A stretch of DNA of 58,036 nt from Sphingomonadales bacterium (GTDB lineage Bacteria > Pseudomonadota > Alphaproteobacteria > Sphingomonadales > Sphingomonadaceae). The notes below the pieces were generated by a model that was not told where the DNA came from, ran no database searches, and saw only the letters and a program-made list of their open reading frames with translations. The position numbers and the translations under genes were made by a program. Positions 10,219 to 22,790 of the stretch are shown one piece after another (the stretch's first letter is position 1; every line of letters begins with the position of its first letter). The stretch covers positions 1 to 58,036 of the forward strand of contig JBBQTM010000001.1 in the NCBI GenBank assembly GCA_038234545.1, in the 5' to 3' direction.

Positions 10219-13200
10219 ATGAGGAAATCCAATTTGCGTGCGACTGCCGGACGGCAGGCCCTCGCGCTTCTTGGCGCTGGCGTTTTCGCCGCCGCTCCTG
10301 CGTTCGCGCAGGACACGCCAGAAACCGCCCCTTCGAGTGAAACCCAGCCTTCTGCCAGCCAGCAAGCGGCCGTCGCGACCGATCCGGTTGCAGCCGCCGA
10401 CAGCGACGATGCGATCATCGTTACCGGTTCGCGCATTGCCCGTCCTGACCTCGAGGCTCCGAGCCCGGTTACAACGGTCTCTGCAGAGCAGTTCGAACTG
10501 ACCGGGACGGTCACCGTCGAAACCCTGCTGAACGAACTTCCGCAGCTGATCCCGGGCAACACCCGCGTTTCGAACAACCAGGGCGGCGAAAGCTTCTCGA
10601 CCCTCGATCTTCGTGGTCTCGGGCCGCAGCGCACCCTGATCCTGGTCGATGGCGAGCGCGTTCCCGCTTCCTCGACGACGGGTGTGGTCGACATCGGCAC
10701 CATTCCGGCCGGCCTGATCGAGCGCGTTGACGTCGTCACCGGCGGCGCCTCCGCCGTCTACGGTTCGGACGCCATCGCGGGCGTCGTCAACTTCGTGCTC
10801 AAGGACAATTTCGAAGGTCTCGAACTGTCGTCGCAATATGGTATTTCCGAATTTGGCGATGCCGGCGAATTCAACGTCCAGGGCCTGCTCGGCGGTAACT
10901 TCGGCGACGATCGTGGCAACATGACCTTCTTCGCCAGCTATTACACGCGCGAATCGGTTGGCCAGGGCGATCGCGACATCACTCGCAACTCCGCCGTGGT
11001 CTTTTACGATTACGACACCGGCCAGGTGCGCGTTGCCAATAACGGCGAGCCGCGCGGTCCGAACGAGGGCATCTTCAACTTCTCGTCGTCGGGGACCAAT
11101 CCGTTCGGAACGATCAGCAGCCCGGGCAACGCGTTCGGGACGGTTACGCCATTGTCCGTGGCGTTGCCGGGCCAATTCGCAGCGGCCAACACCGATTGTA
11201 ATCCGGCAACACCGGGCGTTCCCGTCACCGGCGGCAACCTTTCGTTCGACGATAACGGCAATCTCATTTCCGCGAACGACGCCAATTTCGGCACCTCGGC
11301 TGCGGCCCGAAACAACCTTTGCGTGTTCGCTGACAGGGGCATCGGCCCGACAGCGCGGTTCAACTTCAACCCGCTCAACTTCCTCATCACCCCGTACAAC
11401 CGGTGGTCGATGGCGGTGACGGGCCGTTACGACCTCAATGATTCGATCCGCCTGAAAGTGATCGCCAATTATGTCGATTCGGAGCAGGTCGTGAACCTGG
11501 CCCCGACTCCGGTGACCGGGGTGCGCATCGATCCGACGCTGAACCCGTTCATCCGCTTGGGTACTGTCGGCAACGCTCCGTGCGGCGTCGGCATCTCCTG
11601 CGAACCCCAGCTGCTGGCGGCGTTGAACACGCGCGCCAATCCCAACGCGCCTTTCACGATCAACCGCCGGTTCAACGAAACTGGTCCGCGTATCGGCACT
11701 TATGAATCGAGGACGGCGTCGATCCGCGGTACCCTGTCGGGTCCGCTGGCTCACGGCTTCAACTGGGATACGACGCTCAGCTATGGCCGCACCGATGCGC
11801 TCAGCAAGACCGAGAACAACATCAACCGCACGGCGATCCTACAGGGCCTCAATGGCTGCCAGGCTCCCGCTGGTGGTGCAGCTGTGCTTCCGGGCTGCGT
11901 GCCGCTCAGCATCTTCGGTGCAGGCGACCTCAATCTTGGCTTCCCGACGCTCGGCATTTTGCCGGGCGATCAGGTCGCCTTCGCGTCAGTCGACACCAGA
12001 AGCACGCTGAGCTTCGATCAGGCGCGGGTTGCCGGCAACATCACCGGCAATCTGATTGAATTGCCGGCCGGCCCTGTCGGCATCGCGATCGGTGCCGAAG
12101 CGCGCACCGACCGTGGCCGGTTCGAAGTCGACTCGCAGCTCGATACGGGCAACGTCTTCGGCTTCAACGCGCAGAAGGGTCAGCGGGGCAAGATCAACGT
12201 CAAGGAGATCTACGGCGAAATCCGCATTCCGATCTTGGCCGACATGCCCTTCTTCCACGAACTGTCGATCGAAGCGGGTGCCCGCTACTCCGATTATTCG
12301 TCGGTCGGCGGCCTGTTCAACTACAAGCTCGGCGGGCAATTCGCGCCGGTCGAATGGTTGAAGTTCCGCGGCATCTACAACAAGGCGGCGCGCGCTCCTT
12401 CGGTCAACGAGCTGTTCCAGGGCGGTGACCAGGGCTTCGTGACGGTTCGCGATCCTTGCAACGCAACTGGTGCGCCGCAGCGTACGGCGCAGCAGCTGGC
12501 GATTTGCCAGGCCCAGGCTCCCGCAGCGAACTTCGCTGCGTTCAACCAGTCCAACCCGCAGCTGGAGGTTCTCGCCTTCGGTAACCCGAGTTTGACGGAA
12601 GAAACCGCCACGACGTGGACGGTCGGTGCGGTGCTCACCCCGAACTTGGGGCTGGGACGTTTCTCGGCGACGATCGATTATTACAACATCCGGATCGACG
12701 ACATCATCACGACGTTCGGCGCAGGCTTCTTCCTGGGCCAGTGCTTCAACAACAACACCGATCCAGGCATCGATGCCTGCCAGCGGATCGTGCGCGATCC
12801 ACTGACCGGCCAGGTGACCTCGATCAACACCACCGTGCTCAACTCGGATACGTTCAAGGCCAAGGGTGTCGATGGGGCGGTCAACTTCGTCGTTCCCTTC
12901 GCCGATCTCGGCATTGGCATCCCGGGCCGTCTGCGGTTGCAGGAGCTTATATCGTATACCGACTCGATCGAGTTCAGCGGCTTCGAAGCGAAGGGTCTTG
13001 CCTTCTCCGGCCTGTCCGGCGTGTACCCCGAGTGGAAGTCGACGTTGACAGTGGCTTACGACAGCGACGCCTTCACTGCTCAGATGCGGTGGAACTACCT
13101 GTCCGAGCTCGAGGAAGACCAGGGCCTGGGCGATAACAACCCGACCCGTCCGGCGCTGAGCTACTTCGATTTGTCGCTCCGCAAGAAGATTGGCGCGAAC

Positions 13201-13353
13201 TTCGAACTGACCGGCATTGTCAGCAACGTCTTCGACGCCAAGCCGAAGCGGACTCCGGGCGGCATCGGTGACCAAGGTGGGATCGATACGACCTTCTACG
13301 GCCCGCTGATCAATGGTCGCTACTTCCGCGTCGCGGCCAAGGTGAGACTGTAG
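10219..13353 (+). CDS. TonB-dependent receptor (large, with several Cys-containing loops)
   Basis: Signal peptide, TonB-box-like IIVTGSRI, plug motifs LRGLGPQRTLILVDG and IERVDVVTGGASAVYGSDAIAGVVNF, C-terminal GRYFRVAAKVRL; start ATG 10219 after GGGAG. Confidence 0.95.
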   Translation: MRKSNLRATAGRQALALLGAGVFAAAPAFAQDTPETAPSSETQPSASQQAAVATDPVAAADSDDAIIVTGSRIARPDLEAPSPVTTVSAEQFELTGTVTVETLLNELPQLIPGNTRVSNNQGGESFSTLDLRGLGPQRTLILVDGERVPASSTTGVVDIGTIPAGLIERVDVVTGGASAVYGSDAIAGVVNFVLKDNFEGLELSSQYGISEFGDAGEFNVQGLLGGNFGDDRGNMTFFASYYTRESVGQGDRDITRNSAVVFYDYDTGQVRVANNGEPRGPNEGIFNFSSSGTNPFGTISSPGNAFGTVTPLSVALPGQFAAANTDCNPATPGVPVTGGNLSFDDNGNLISANDANFGTSAAARNNLCVFADRGIGPTARFNFNPLNFLITPYNRWSMAVTGRYDLNDSIRLKVIANYVDSEQVVNLAPTPVTGVRIDPTLNPFIRLGTVGNAPCGVGISCEPQLLAALNTRANPNAPFTINRRFNETGPRIGTYESRTASIRGTLSGPLAHGFNWDTTLSYGRTDALSKTENNINRTAILQGLNGCQAPAGGAAVLPGCVPLSIFGAGDLNLGFPTLGILPGDQVAFASVDTRSTLSFDQARVAGNITGNLIELPAGPVGIAIGAEARTDRGRFEVDSQLDTGNVFGFNAQKGQRGKINVKEIYGEIRIPILADMPFFHELSIEAGARYSDYSSVGGLFNYKLGGQFAPVEWLKFRGIYNKAARAPSVNELFQGGDQGFVTVRDPCNATGAPQRTAQQLAICQAQAPAANFAAFNQSNPQLEVLAFGNPSLTEETATTWTVGAVLTPNLGLGRFSATIDYYNIRIDDIITTFGAGFFLGQCFNNNTDPGIDACQRIVRDPLTGQVTSINTTVLNSDTFKAKGVDGAVNFVVPFADLGIGIPGRLRLQELISYTDSIEFSGFEAKGLAFSGLSGVYPEWKSTLTVAYDSDAFTAQMRWNYLSELEEDQGLGDNNPTRPALSYFDLSLRKKIGANFELTGIVSNVFDAKPKRTPGGIGDQGGIDTTFYGPLINGRYFRVAAKVRL

Positions 13354-13379
13354 TTCCGATCGACACGGACCTAAAATTG

Positions 13380-13411
13380 GCGGCGGGGGAGAAATCCCCC
13401 GCCGCTTTTTT
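13380..13411 (+). terminator. Rho-independent terminator of the TonB-dependent receptor gene
   Basis: GCGGCGGGGGA-GAAA-TCCCCCGCCGC then TTTTTT. Confidence 0.88.
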
Positions 13412-13478
13412 ATGTGCCTGCTGCGGGGTGAACGGAGCGCGCGCCGATTTCGGCTATGCCAACCTGGGCTGGCCGCGA

Positions 13479-15305
13479 TTAGTCGGCAGTGAGCGGCTGG
13501 TAATCGAAGGCGGCGGTCAGCCGCTCCCCCGCGCCAAAGGGGATTGTCCCGTGCCACATATAGGAGGGGAACAGGACCAGTTTGCCTTCCTTGGGCTCGA
13601 CCAATCGGCGCGGGCCGAGATCGAGGTTGAAGACCGGCGGCGGGCGGCCGAATTCGATCCAGCCCTGATTGGGGTCTGCGCCTTCCGCTGTTTCCGGAAG
13701 CCGGGCATAATAAGCCGAACTCATCCAGCCCTCGCTATGGAAATGCGGTACGTGATGACCGCCGCCGGCGCGCAATCGCACCGACCAGCTCCCGCTGAAC
13801 CCGAATGTCGTCGTCTTGCGCGACAGGAATGGATGATCCGAATCGTCGGGAAGTTGGCTGACCGCGCGCGCGGCCGCATCGGTCACCGCCTGACGGAAGC
13901 GCTGAATCGCCTTATCCGGATTGTCGAACAATGATCCCGCGGTCTGGGTGCCGTGCCGCAATGATTGATCACCGGGGGCCTCGAGCGTGGAATGCAACGG
14001 ACGCAGCACATCGCCTACCACATGCGCATAGTCCGCCGCCGTCATCGACCCGTCCGAAGGCGGGACATCGACTTGCATCACCAGCCGGTCGTAATCGCAT
14101 AGCCAATGCTCACGCGGATCATCTAGCAGCCGCCAGGCAACCGACAGAATCGCCCAAGCCGATTGATTAAGGGGATTTTGCGCAATCATCCGCCCGGCCG
14201 TTTCGGCCGAAATCCCGGGATGTCCGGCGCGCAATCCCAGCTGGGACAACGTCCCCCACAACAGCTCGTGATCTGGATTGCGTTTGTAGAGCGCTTCCAA
14301 CTCCGCGGCGGGGCCCGCCGGATCGCCGACAATCCCTTTGCTGAAGACCCGAACAATCCGCAAATTCCGGTTCTCCGGGTGGCGGGCTAGACCGCTGGCC
14401 GCGACCGACCCGGCTTCCTCAAAGCGGCGATTCATGGCCAGCGCATTGGCCCAGTTGAGCCAGACGTTGGGATCGTCGCCGTGCGTTTCGGCCAAACCCG
14501 CGAAATGGGCAAACGGGTCTACGCCGGTCCGATATTCAATGTGCAGCCGGGTCAGGGCCTTGAGCGATTCTTCATCGAGCGGATCTTCGGTCAGCGCCAC
14601 CGCGTAATGGCTTCTCGCCTCATCGACCCGTCCCGCTTCAAGCGCGGCGGCGGCCCAGTTGGCGTAGAAACGTACACCCTCCATGCCCAATCGTCGCGCT
14701 TCCTCGAAGGCGTTGCATGCTTCCTCGAAGCGGAACGAAGAGCGCAGGGACACCGCCTGGTTGTGACGGGTGAGCGCGCGATCCGGGTCCGCGGCGACCG
14801 CTTGCTCGAACGCCACCACCGCATCCTCCAGGCGCCCGGCGTTTTGCAGCGCCATCGCCCGACTTGCCATCAGGCGGGCATGGCCCGGGAAACGCTTCAG
14901 CCCCTCCTCCGCCGCGCGCACCCCAATTGCCGGTTGCCCGGCATCGGATGCGGCAATTGCCCGGTTGAGATGAGCCTCGGCAATATTCGGTTGGAGCATG
15001 ACCAGCTTACTCCATTGGGCAAGCGCCGCGTCATGCTGTCCGGTCTTGCCCAGCATGTCGGCCAGAGCGCCGATGATCTCAGGCGGGTCGCGCTCGATTC
15101 TGATGATCTGTTGCAACGCCTCTATCGCCATGTCGACGTGCCCAGCACCCTGCGCGATTAGCGCGTAGAGGCGAAGCGCCTGCCCGTGCCGGTCGATGGC
15201 TGAGCGCAGCGGCGCGATCTCCTTCCATGCCTCGGGCAGTCGCCCGGCTTGTTGCAGCGACTGGGCGCGAAACAGCTGGGATTGGAGCGATGCGGCATTC
15301 AGCAT
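13479..15305 (-). CDS. TPR-repeat protein with C-terminal putative 2OG-Fe(II) oxygenase domain
   Basis: Multiple TPR helices; QSLRHGTQT, SWSVRL..GGHHVPHFHSEGWMSSAYY, LVLFPSYMWHGTIPF..RLTAAFD. Confidence 0.88.
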   Translation of the reverse strand: MLNAASLQSQLFRAQSLQQAGRLPEAWKEIAPLRSAIDRHGQALRLYALIAQGAGHVDMAIEALQQIIRIERDPPEIIGALADMLGKTGQHDAALAQWSKLVMLQPNIAEAHLNRAIAASDAGQPAIGVRAAEEGLKRFPGHARLMASRAMALQNAGRLEDAVVAFEQAVAADPDRALTRHNQAVSLRSSFRFEEACNAFEEARRLGMEGVRFYANWAAAALEAGRVDEARSHYAVALTEDPLDEESLKALTRLHIEYRTGVDPFAHFAGLAETHGDDPNVWLNWANALAMNRRFEEAGSVAASGLARHPENRNLRIVRVFSKGIVGDPAGPAAELEALYKRNPDHELLWGTLSQLGLRAGHPGISAETAGRMIAQNPLNQSAWAILSVAWRLLDDPREHWLCDYDRLVMQVDVPPSDGSMTAADYAHVVGDVLRPLHSTLEAPGDQSLRHGTQTAGSLFDNPDKAIQRFRQAVTDAAARAVSQLPDDSDHPFLSRKTTTFGFSGSWSVRLRAGGGHHVPHFHSEGWMSSAYYARLPETAEGADPNQGWIEFGRPPPVFNLDLGPRRLVEPKEGKLVLFPSYMWHGTIPFGAGERLTAAFDYQPLTAD

Positions 15306-15335
15306 GATAAGTTGGCCAGGACCGCCTTGCCCAGA

Positions 15336-15866
15336 CTAATTGACCCGTTCGATGCGGAAGCCCGGCCGACCCGAAATGCTCCCGAAAAAGCTTCCCAGCG
15401 CCGCCCGTTTGATGCGGATCGGTGCGCCAACCTTCGGTCTGTCCATGTAAGCGCCGTCGGTCTGCCGCCATCGCGCGCCGTCCTTGAGGGTGAAGACATA
15501 ACCTTTCTGGCTCTCGTTAAAAGCCGCGATGGTCGATTCGATGGAGCTGACGTCCTTTTCCATGTCGTCATCGGCGAAAATTCGCATATTTGGCAAGTTC
15601 AAGCCGAAAAGGCCACGCCGCGCCTCGCGCATTGCTTCCTTGTCGGCGACGTAGACTTCCTTGTTCGCCTGAGCGGTAGCGAGCGTGCCGACGCTGCGGT
15701 CGAAGCAGGCGAGGCGTTCGGCATTGTCGGTGATCGTGCGGCACTGGATGACGTCGGTGAAAATCTTGGGCGGCGGGGCCGCGGCGAGCGGTTGGGTCTT
15801 GGCCGAAGTCGACCCCGCATATGCCATTCCAACCAGCGCCAGCGCGATCTTCAAAACCCGTGCCAT
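15336..15866 (-). CDS. Secreted hypothetical protein (Cys pair, C-terminal beta domain)
   Basis: Signal peptide MARVLKIALALVGMAYAGSTSA; CRTITDNAERLACFD; FTLKDGARWRQTD. Confidence 0.75.
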   Translation of the reverse strand: MARVLKIALALVGMAYAGSTSAKTQPLAAAPPPKIFTDVIQCRTITDNAERLACFDRSVGTLATAQANKEVYVADKEAMREARRGLFGLNLPNMRIFADDDMEKDVSSIESTIAAFNESQKGYVFTLKDGARWRQTDGAYMDRPKVGAPIRIKRAALGSFFGSISGRPGFRIERVN

Positions 15867-15936
15867 GATCCACCCCGTCCCAAAGCCATTGTTGCCATGA
15901 CCATGCCCAACTCGGCCAATCACGTCAAAGACTTGC

Positions 15937-18519
<2,583 letters not shown>

Positions 18520-18540
18520 TCACCCCTTGGTTCGTTCAAG

Positions 18541-18569
18541 GATGTGGTGTGTTAGGCAAACAACACAAG
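18541..18569 (-). promoter_or_regulatory. Putative RpoH (sigma32) promoter of clpB
   Basis: Minus strand CTTG-N18-CCACATC about 20 nt upstream of the start, similar to the alphaproteobacterial heat-shock consensus. Confidence 0.55.
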
Positions 18570-18577
18570 GTCTTTCG

Positions 18578-19294
18578 TCATCGCATCGGCGCCAGCGGGT
18601 CGCGCGGGGTGACGGCGGGCGCGGCTGCAACCGGCGCGCGATAGGGTATCCCGTTCTCGGTCAGCACCGCCGGGCAACCGTATCCGCCGCGCGTGCCGGC
18701 GGTGCCCCATTCGCGCGCTTTCTTGCTGTCGATGTGGAAGCGCAATCCCTTGTAGAAACCGAGGCCGATGTTGTTCCACGACCCCTTGTCGAGCTGGATG
18801 CGGCATAGAGCGAGCATCAGCGCCTCGCGGGTGACGGGGCGGAGCGGGACCATGTCGACTGCCCCCGCAGTGATGTGGGTGCTGGTCTTCGCCCCGCCCG
18901 CGCAGACGTTGAGGTACGGGTTGCGATAGACCGAGACCGGCTCGACCGGGCCGATCACCGGCTCGATATAGGCGCCAATGAAGCGCAAAGCGGCGACGAT
19001 GTTGGGCCAAGCGGTGGTCGGGGGCACTTCGAACGGCTGGTTGTTGCAACGCCGCCAGTCAGTCGCGGTGCGGAGCAATTGCCAGGTCGGGGTGACCCCA
19101 CCGACGCCGTTGGCGGTGAGATAATCGTTGAACGCGCGGACATACATCGAGCGCGTGGGCGCCGAGGTGACCCAGGCGCGGTAGCCGGGTTCGTCTTGTC
19201 CCGCGGTGACATATTCCGCGGCCGGATTGAAAAATTGCGCGGGGGCGGCCGCGGGCGCGAGCAAGGCGATCAACAGGAGCAGCAGGCGCTTCAT
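18578..19294 (-). CDS. Peptidase M15 (D-Ala-D-Ala carboxypeptidase-family) metallohydrolase
   Basis: Signal peptide MKRLLLLLIALLAPAAAPA; SVYRNPYLN, STHITAGAVD (SxHxxxxAxD), FHID. Confidence 0.82.
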   Translation of the reverse strand: MKRLLLLLIALLAPAAAPAQFFNPAAEYVTAGQDEPGYRAWVTSAPTRSMYVRAFNDYLTANGVGGVTPTWQLLRTATDWRRCNNQPFEVPPTTAWPNIVAALRFIGAYIEPVIGPVEPVSVYRNPYLNVCAGGAKTSTHITAGAVDMVPLRPVTREALMLALCRIQLDKGSWNNIGLGFYKGLRFHIDSKKAREWGTAGTRGGYGCPAVLTENGIPYRAPVAAAPAVTPRDPLAPMR

Positions 19295-19353
19295 CCGGCT
19301 ATCAGAACCCGCGCGGGATTGAAAAGCAACGGGCGGACCTTCATCTTGGCGCA

Positions 19354-19674
19354 ATGTCACGCCCGATCAACGTCGATTTGCCGCATAAGCTCGGCCGCGA
19401 CGAAGCCCGCCGCCGGATTGCCGGCAATATCGACCAGCTCGCCGGGCACATCCCGGGCGGCGCCGCCGAGGTGAAATCGCGTTGGGAGGGGGACACGCTC
19501 CACCTCAACATCGCCGCCATGGGACAGGACGTGAAGGCCGAAATCGCGGTCGACGAAAAGGTCGTGCATTGCATGATCGACCTGCCGGGGATGCTCAGCC
19601 TGTTCGCCGGGCCGATCGAGGCGCTGCTGAAGCGCAAGGGTGACAACTTGCTGCTCGAGGACAAGCGCGACTAG
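19354..19674 (+). CDS. Polyhydroxyalkanoic acid system family protein
   Basis: PHKLGRDEARRRI...WEGDTL pattern, about 105 aa. Confidence 0.75.
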   Translation: MSRPINVDLPHKLGRDEARRRIAGNIDQLAGHIPGGAAEVKSRWEGDTLHLNIAAMGQDVKAEIAVDEKVVHCMIDLPGMLSLFAGPIEALLKRKGDNLLLEDKRD

Positions 19675-19703
19675 GCTGTTCGCACAACAGCGGGAGCCCA
19701 AGC

Positions 19704-21011
19704 ATGCGTCATTTCGCGATTATCGGGTCGGGGCCTGCGGGATTTTACACCGCAGAGGCACTGGCCAAGAGTTTCGGCGACGGCGCGAAGATCGACATTA
19801 TCGACAAATTGCCGGTACCCTACGGCCTGATCCGCTTCGGCGTGGCGCCTGACCATCAGTCGATCAAGGCGGTCAGCAAGCGCTATGACAAAGTCGCGGA
19901 TGATGCCCAGGTGCGGTTCGTCGGCAATGTCGCGGTTGGCGGCGCGGTGTCGGTCGCGGAACTGCGCGGAATGTACGATGCCGTGATCTTGGCCACCGGC
20001 GCTCCGCACGACCGCGCACTCGGCATCCCCGGGGAGGAATTGCCAGGGGTGATCGGCTCGGCGGCGTTCGTCGGCTGGTACAATGGTCACCCGGATTTCG
20101 CCGATCTCGACCCGCCGCTGGACGGGGCCAATGCGGTGGTGATCGGCAATGGCAATGTGGCGCTCGACGTGGCGCGGATCCTGTCGAAGACCCGCGCGGA
20201 ATTCGCCGGATCGGACATCGTCGGCCATGCGATCGACGCGTTGGATGGCAGCGCGGTGCGGACGATTACCTTCCTTGGCCGCCGCGGGCCGCACCAGATC
20301 GCAATGACCCCCAAGGAATTGGGCGAGCTCGGGCACCTCATGGCTGCCGCGCCGATGATCGAGGCGGGCGATTTGCCCCCGGTGGCGCAGGATGACGCGC
20401 TCGATCCGGGACTGCGCAAGTCGGTGACTCACCTACGCGCCTTTGCCGATTCGCCGCCGGCGGGCGACAAGCCGAAGACGATCGTGTTCGACTTTTTCGC
20501 CAAGCCGCTGGCGATCGAGGGTGAGGGCAAGGTCGAGCAGGTGCTGGTCGAGCGCACCCGGCTCGACGATGGGCGCGCGGTGGGGACGGGCGAGACCTAT
20601 GCCGTGGCGGCCGACCTGGTGATCAGCTGCATCGGTTATTCATCACCCCATATCGACGGGGTTCCGTTCGACGCTGACGGCGGGAAATATCGCAACGATC
20701 ACGGGATGATCGACGACGGGCTCTACTGCGTCGGCTGGGCGCGGCGCGGGCCGTCGGGTACGATCGGGACCAATCGCCCGGATGGTTATGAAGTGGCCGA
20801 GCAGGTCGCAGGCGCTATGGCACCGGGCAGCGATGGCGGCAAAAGTGGCGGGGCGGCGCTCGATTCACTGCTTGAGGAGCGCGGTATCAAAGCAACCAGT
20901 TACGACGACTGGCGCCGGATCGAGGCTGCCGAAACCGCCGCCGCGCGCCCCGATAGCCCGCGCGAGAAATTCGTCCGGCATCACCATTGGCTGGAAATCC
21001 TCGGTCACTGA
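19704..21011 (+). CDS. Adrenodoxin-reductase-like ferredoxin--NADP+ reductase
   Basis: IIGSGPAGFY, PYGLIRFGVAPDH, VIGNGNVALDVAR, GRRGP, GWARRGPSGTIGTN. Confidence 0.92.
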   Translation: MRHFAIIGSGPAGFYTAEALAKSFGDGAKIDIIDKLPVPYGLIRFGVAPDHQSIKAVSKRYDKVADDAQVRFVGNVAVGGAVSVAELRGMYDAVILATGAPHDRALGIPGEELPGVIGSAAFVGWYNGHPDFADLDPPLDGANAVVIGNGNVALDVARILSKTRAEFAGSDIVGHAIDALDGSAVRTITFLGRRGPHQIAMTPKELGELGHLMAAAPMIEAGDLPPVAQDDALDPGLRKSVTHLRAFADSPPAGDKPKTIVFDFFAKPLAIEGEGKVEQVLVERTRLDDGRAVGTGETYAVAADLVISCIGYSSPHIDGVPFDADGGKYRNDHGMIDDGLYCVGWARRGPSGTIGTNRPDGYEVAEQVAGAMAPGSDGGKSGGAALDSLLEERGIKATSYDDWRRIEAAETAAARPDSPREKFVRHHHWLEILGH

Positions 21012-21091
21012 CCTGGGATGCTTGCGTATCGGGGCACCCACCGCTAGGAAGCCCGCGCTCCTGCACCGGACCCACACGGTCCGGTCCCGGT

Positions 21092-21168
21092 CGGGGAGTA
21101 GCTCAGCCTGGTAGAGCACTGTCTTCGGGAGGCAGGGGCCGGAGGTTCGAATCCTCTCTCCCCGACCA
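21092..21168 (+). tRNA. tRNA-Pro (anticodon CGG)
   Basis: Cloverleaf: acceptor CGGGGAG/CTCCCCG, anticodon arm CTGTC-TTCGGGA-GGCAG, GGTTCGAATCC T-arm, encoded CCA. Confidence 0.97.
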
Positions 21169-21170
21169 GC

Positions 21171-21207
21171 TTTAAATCTCCATGTCCGGGGGACATGGAG
21201 ATTTAAA
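21171..21207. repeat. Perfect 17-bp hairpin directly after tRNA-Pro (core ATGTCCGGGGGACAT)
   Basis: TTTAAATCTCCATGTCC-GGG-GGACATGGAGATTTAAA; may also act as terminator. Confidence 0.85.
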
Positions 21208-21224
21208 AGCTCAGAGGGTGAGCC

Positions 21225-21926
21225 TCATGCCGTCGCTTCTTCCGGCACCTTCGCCAGCGCCTTCAGCAACGCCTCGGCGGCTGGTTCGCTCGACGGCGGA
21301 TTCTGGCCGGTGATCAGCAGGCCGTCCTCGATCACATAGGGTTGAAAATCGGGGCCCTTGGAATAATCGCCGCCCTTGGCCTTGAGCATGTCCTCCAGCA
21401 GGAACGGCACGACGTCGGTCAGCTTGACGGCATCTTCCTCACCATTGGTGAAGCCAGTGACGCGCTTGCCCCGGACCAAGGGTGCGCCTCCGCGCGTGGT
21501 GACATTCTTGAGCGCGGCGGGCGCGTGGCAAACGAGGGCGACCGGCTTGTCCGCGGCGATCATCGCCTCGATCAGCGCCTTGGAATCGACATCCTCCGAC
21601 AAATCCCACAGCGGGCCGTGTCCGCCGGGGTAGAACACGCCGTCGAACCCGGCCGGGTCGATCTCGCCAAGCACCTCGGTCGTTGCCAGCTGCGCCTGGG
21701 CGTCGCCATCGGCCTTGAAGCGGCGGGTGGCATCGGTCTGCGCATCGGGGGCATCGCTCTTGGGATCGAGCGGCGGCTGGCCACCCTTCGGGCTGGCGAG
21801 CGTGATGCTGTGCCCGGCGTCTTTCAGCACATAATAAGGCGCTGCAAACTCCTCGAGCCAGAAACCGGTCTTCTTGCCGGTATTGCCAAGCTGGTCGTGG
21901 CTGGTCAGCACCATCAATATGTTCAT
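21225..21926 (-). CDS. DJ-1/PfpI (type 1 glutamine amidotransferase-like, Hsp31-like) protein
   Basis: TGFWLEEFAAPYY, FYPGGHGPLWDL, VCHAP nucleophile, LITGQNP. Confidence 0.92.
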   Translation of the reverse strand: MNILMVLTSHDQLGNTGKKTGFWLEEFAAPYYVLKDAGHSITLASPKGGQPPLDPKSDAPDAQTDATRRFKADGDAQAQLATTEVLGEIDPAGFDGVFYPGGHGPLWDLSEDVDSKALIEAMIAADKPVALVCHAPAALKNVTTRGGAPLVRGKRVTGFTNGEEDAVKLTDVVPFLLEDMLKAKGGDYSKGPDFQPYVIEDGLLITGQNPPSSEPAAEALLKALAKVPEEATA

Positions 21927-21992
21927 CGCGACGTCTCCAGGATTGCCCCAGACAGGGGATTGATCAAGGAACGCGGCGCAGGTCGGAAAAGT

Positions 21993-22790
21993 TCAAGTCG
22001 CGAAGTTCGGATCCAGCCGGTACGCCTTCCTCAGCAGCGCCGGCCATGCCAGCAGATTCGCCGCCAGCTTCAGCCCGACGCCGCCTTGTTCGGCCGCTAG
22101 TTCCGGCGTGCCTTGGGGCGGGTTGTTGAGCTTGTCGCCGGCGGTGAGCGCCATCACCTGGGCCTGGCAGGCGCGCTCGAGGAAATAGAGCTTCACGAAG
22201 CATTCGCCGACATTGCCGCCGACGGCGAGGGTGCCGTGGTTGCGGAGTAGCATGGCATTCTTGTCGCCCAGGTCTTCGACCAGCCGCTCGCGCTCCTCCA
22301 TCTCGGTAGCGACCCCTTCATAATCGTGGAAGGCAAGGTCGCCGCGTACCAGCATCGCGGTCTGGGTGATCGGCAGCAAACCCTCCTCATGCGCGGCGAC
22401 CGCCTGCCCGTGGGGTGTGTGAAGGTGCATCACCGCATGAGCATCCTCGCGCGCCATATGGATCGCGCTGTGGATGATGAACCCGGCAGGATTGGTGATG
22501 AACGGGGTCGGATCGACCGGATTGCCGTGGACGTCGACCTTGACCAGCGAGGAAGCGGTCACTTCCTCGAACATCAACTGGTATGGATTGAGCAGGAAAT
22601 GATGCTCGGGGCCCGGGATGCGGGCCGAGAGATGGGTGAAGATGAGGTCGTCCCACCCGAAGTGGGCGATCAGCCGATAGGCGGCGGCGAGATCGACGCG
22701 GATCGCCCATTCCTCTGCGCTCACCCGATCCTTCATCGGCGGAATGGCGAGCTCGGTAATCTGCGCGTCGGCGTCGATCCCGCGGTTCAT
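21993..22790 (-). CDS. Class II aldolase/adducin family protein
   Basis: DLAAAYRL, FTHLSARIPG, GFIIHSAIH, MHLHT, LLRNHG; ATGA overlap with maiA. Confidence 0.92.
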   Translation of the reverse strand: MNRGIDADAQITELAIPPMKDRVSAEEWAIRVDLAAAYRLIAHFGWDDLIFTHLSARIPGPEHHFLLNPYQLMFEEVTASSLVKVDVHGNPVDPTPFITNPAGFIIHSAIHMAREDAHAVMHLHTPHGQAVAAHEEGLLPITQTAMLVRGDLAFHDYEGVATEMEERERLVEDLGDKNAMLLRNHGTLAVGGNVGECFVKLYFLERACQAQVMALTAGDKLNNPPQGTPELAAEQGGVGLKLAANLLAWPALLRKAYRLDPNFAT

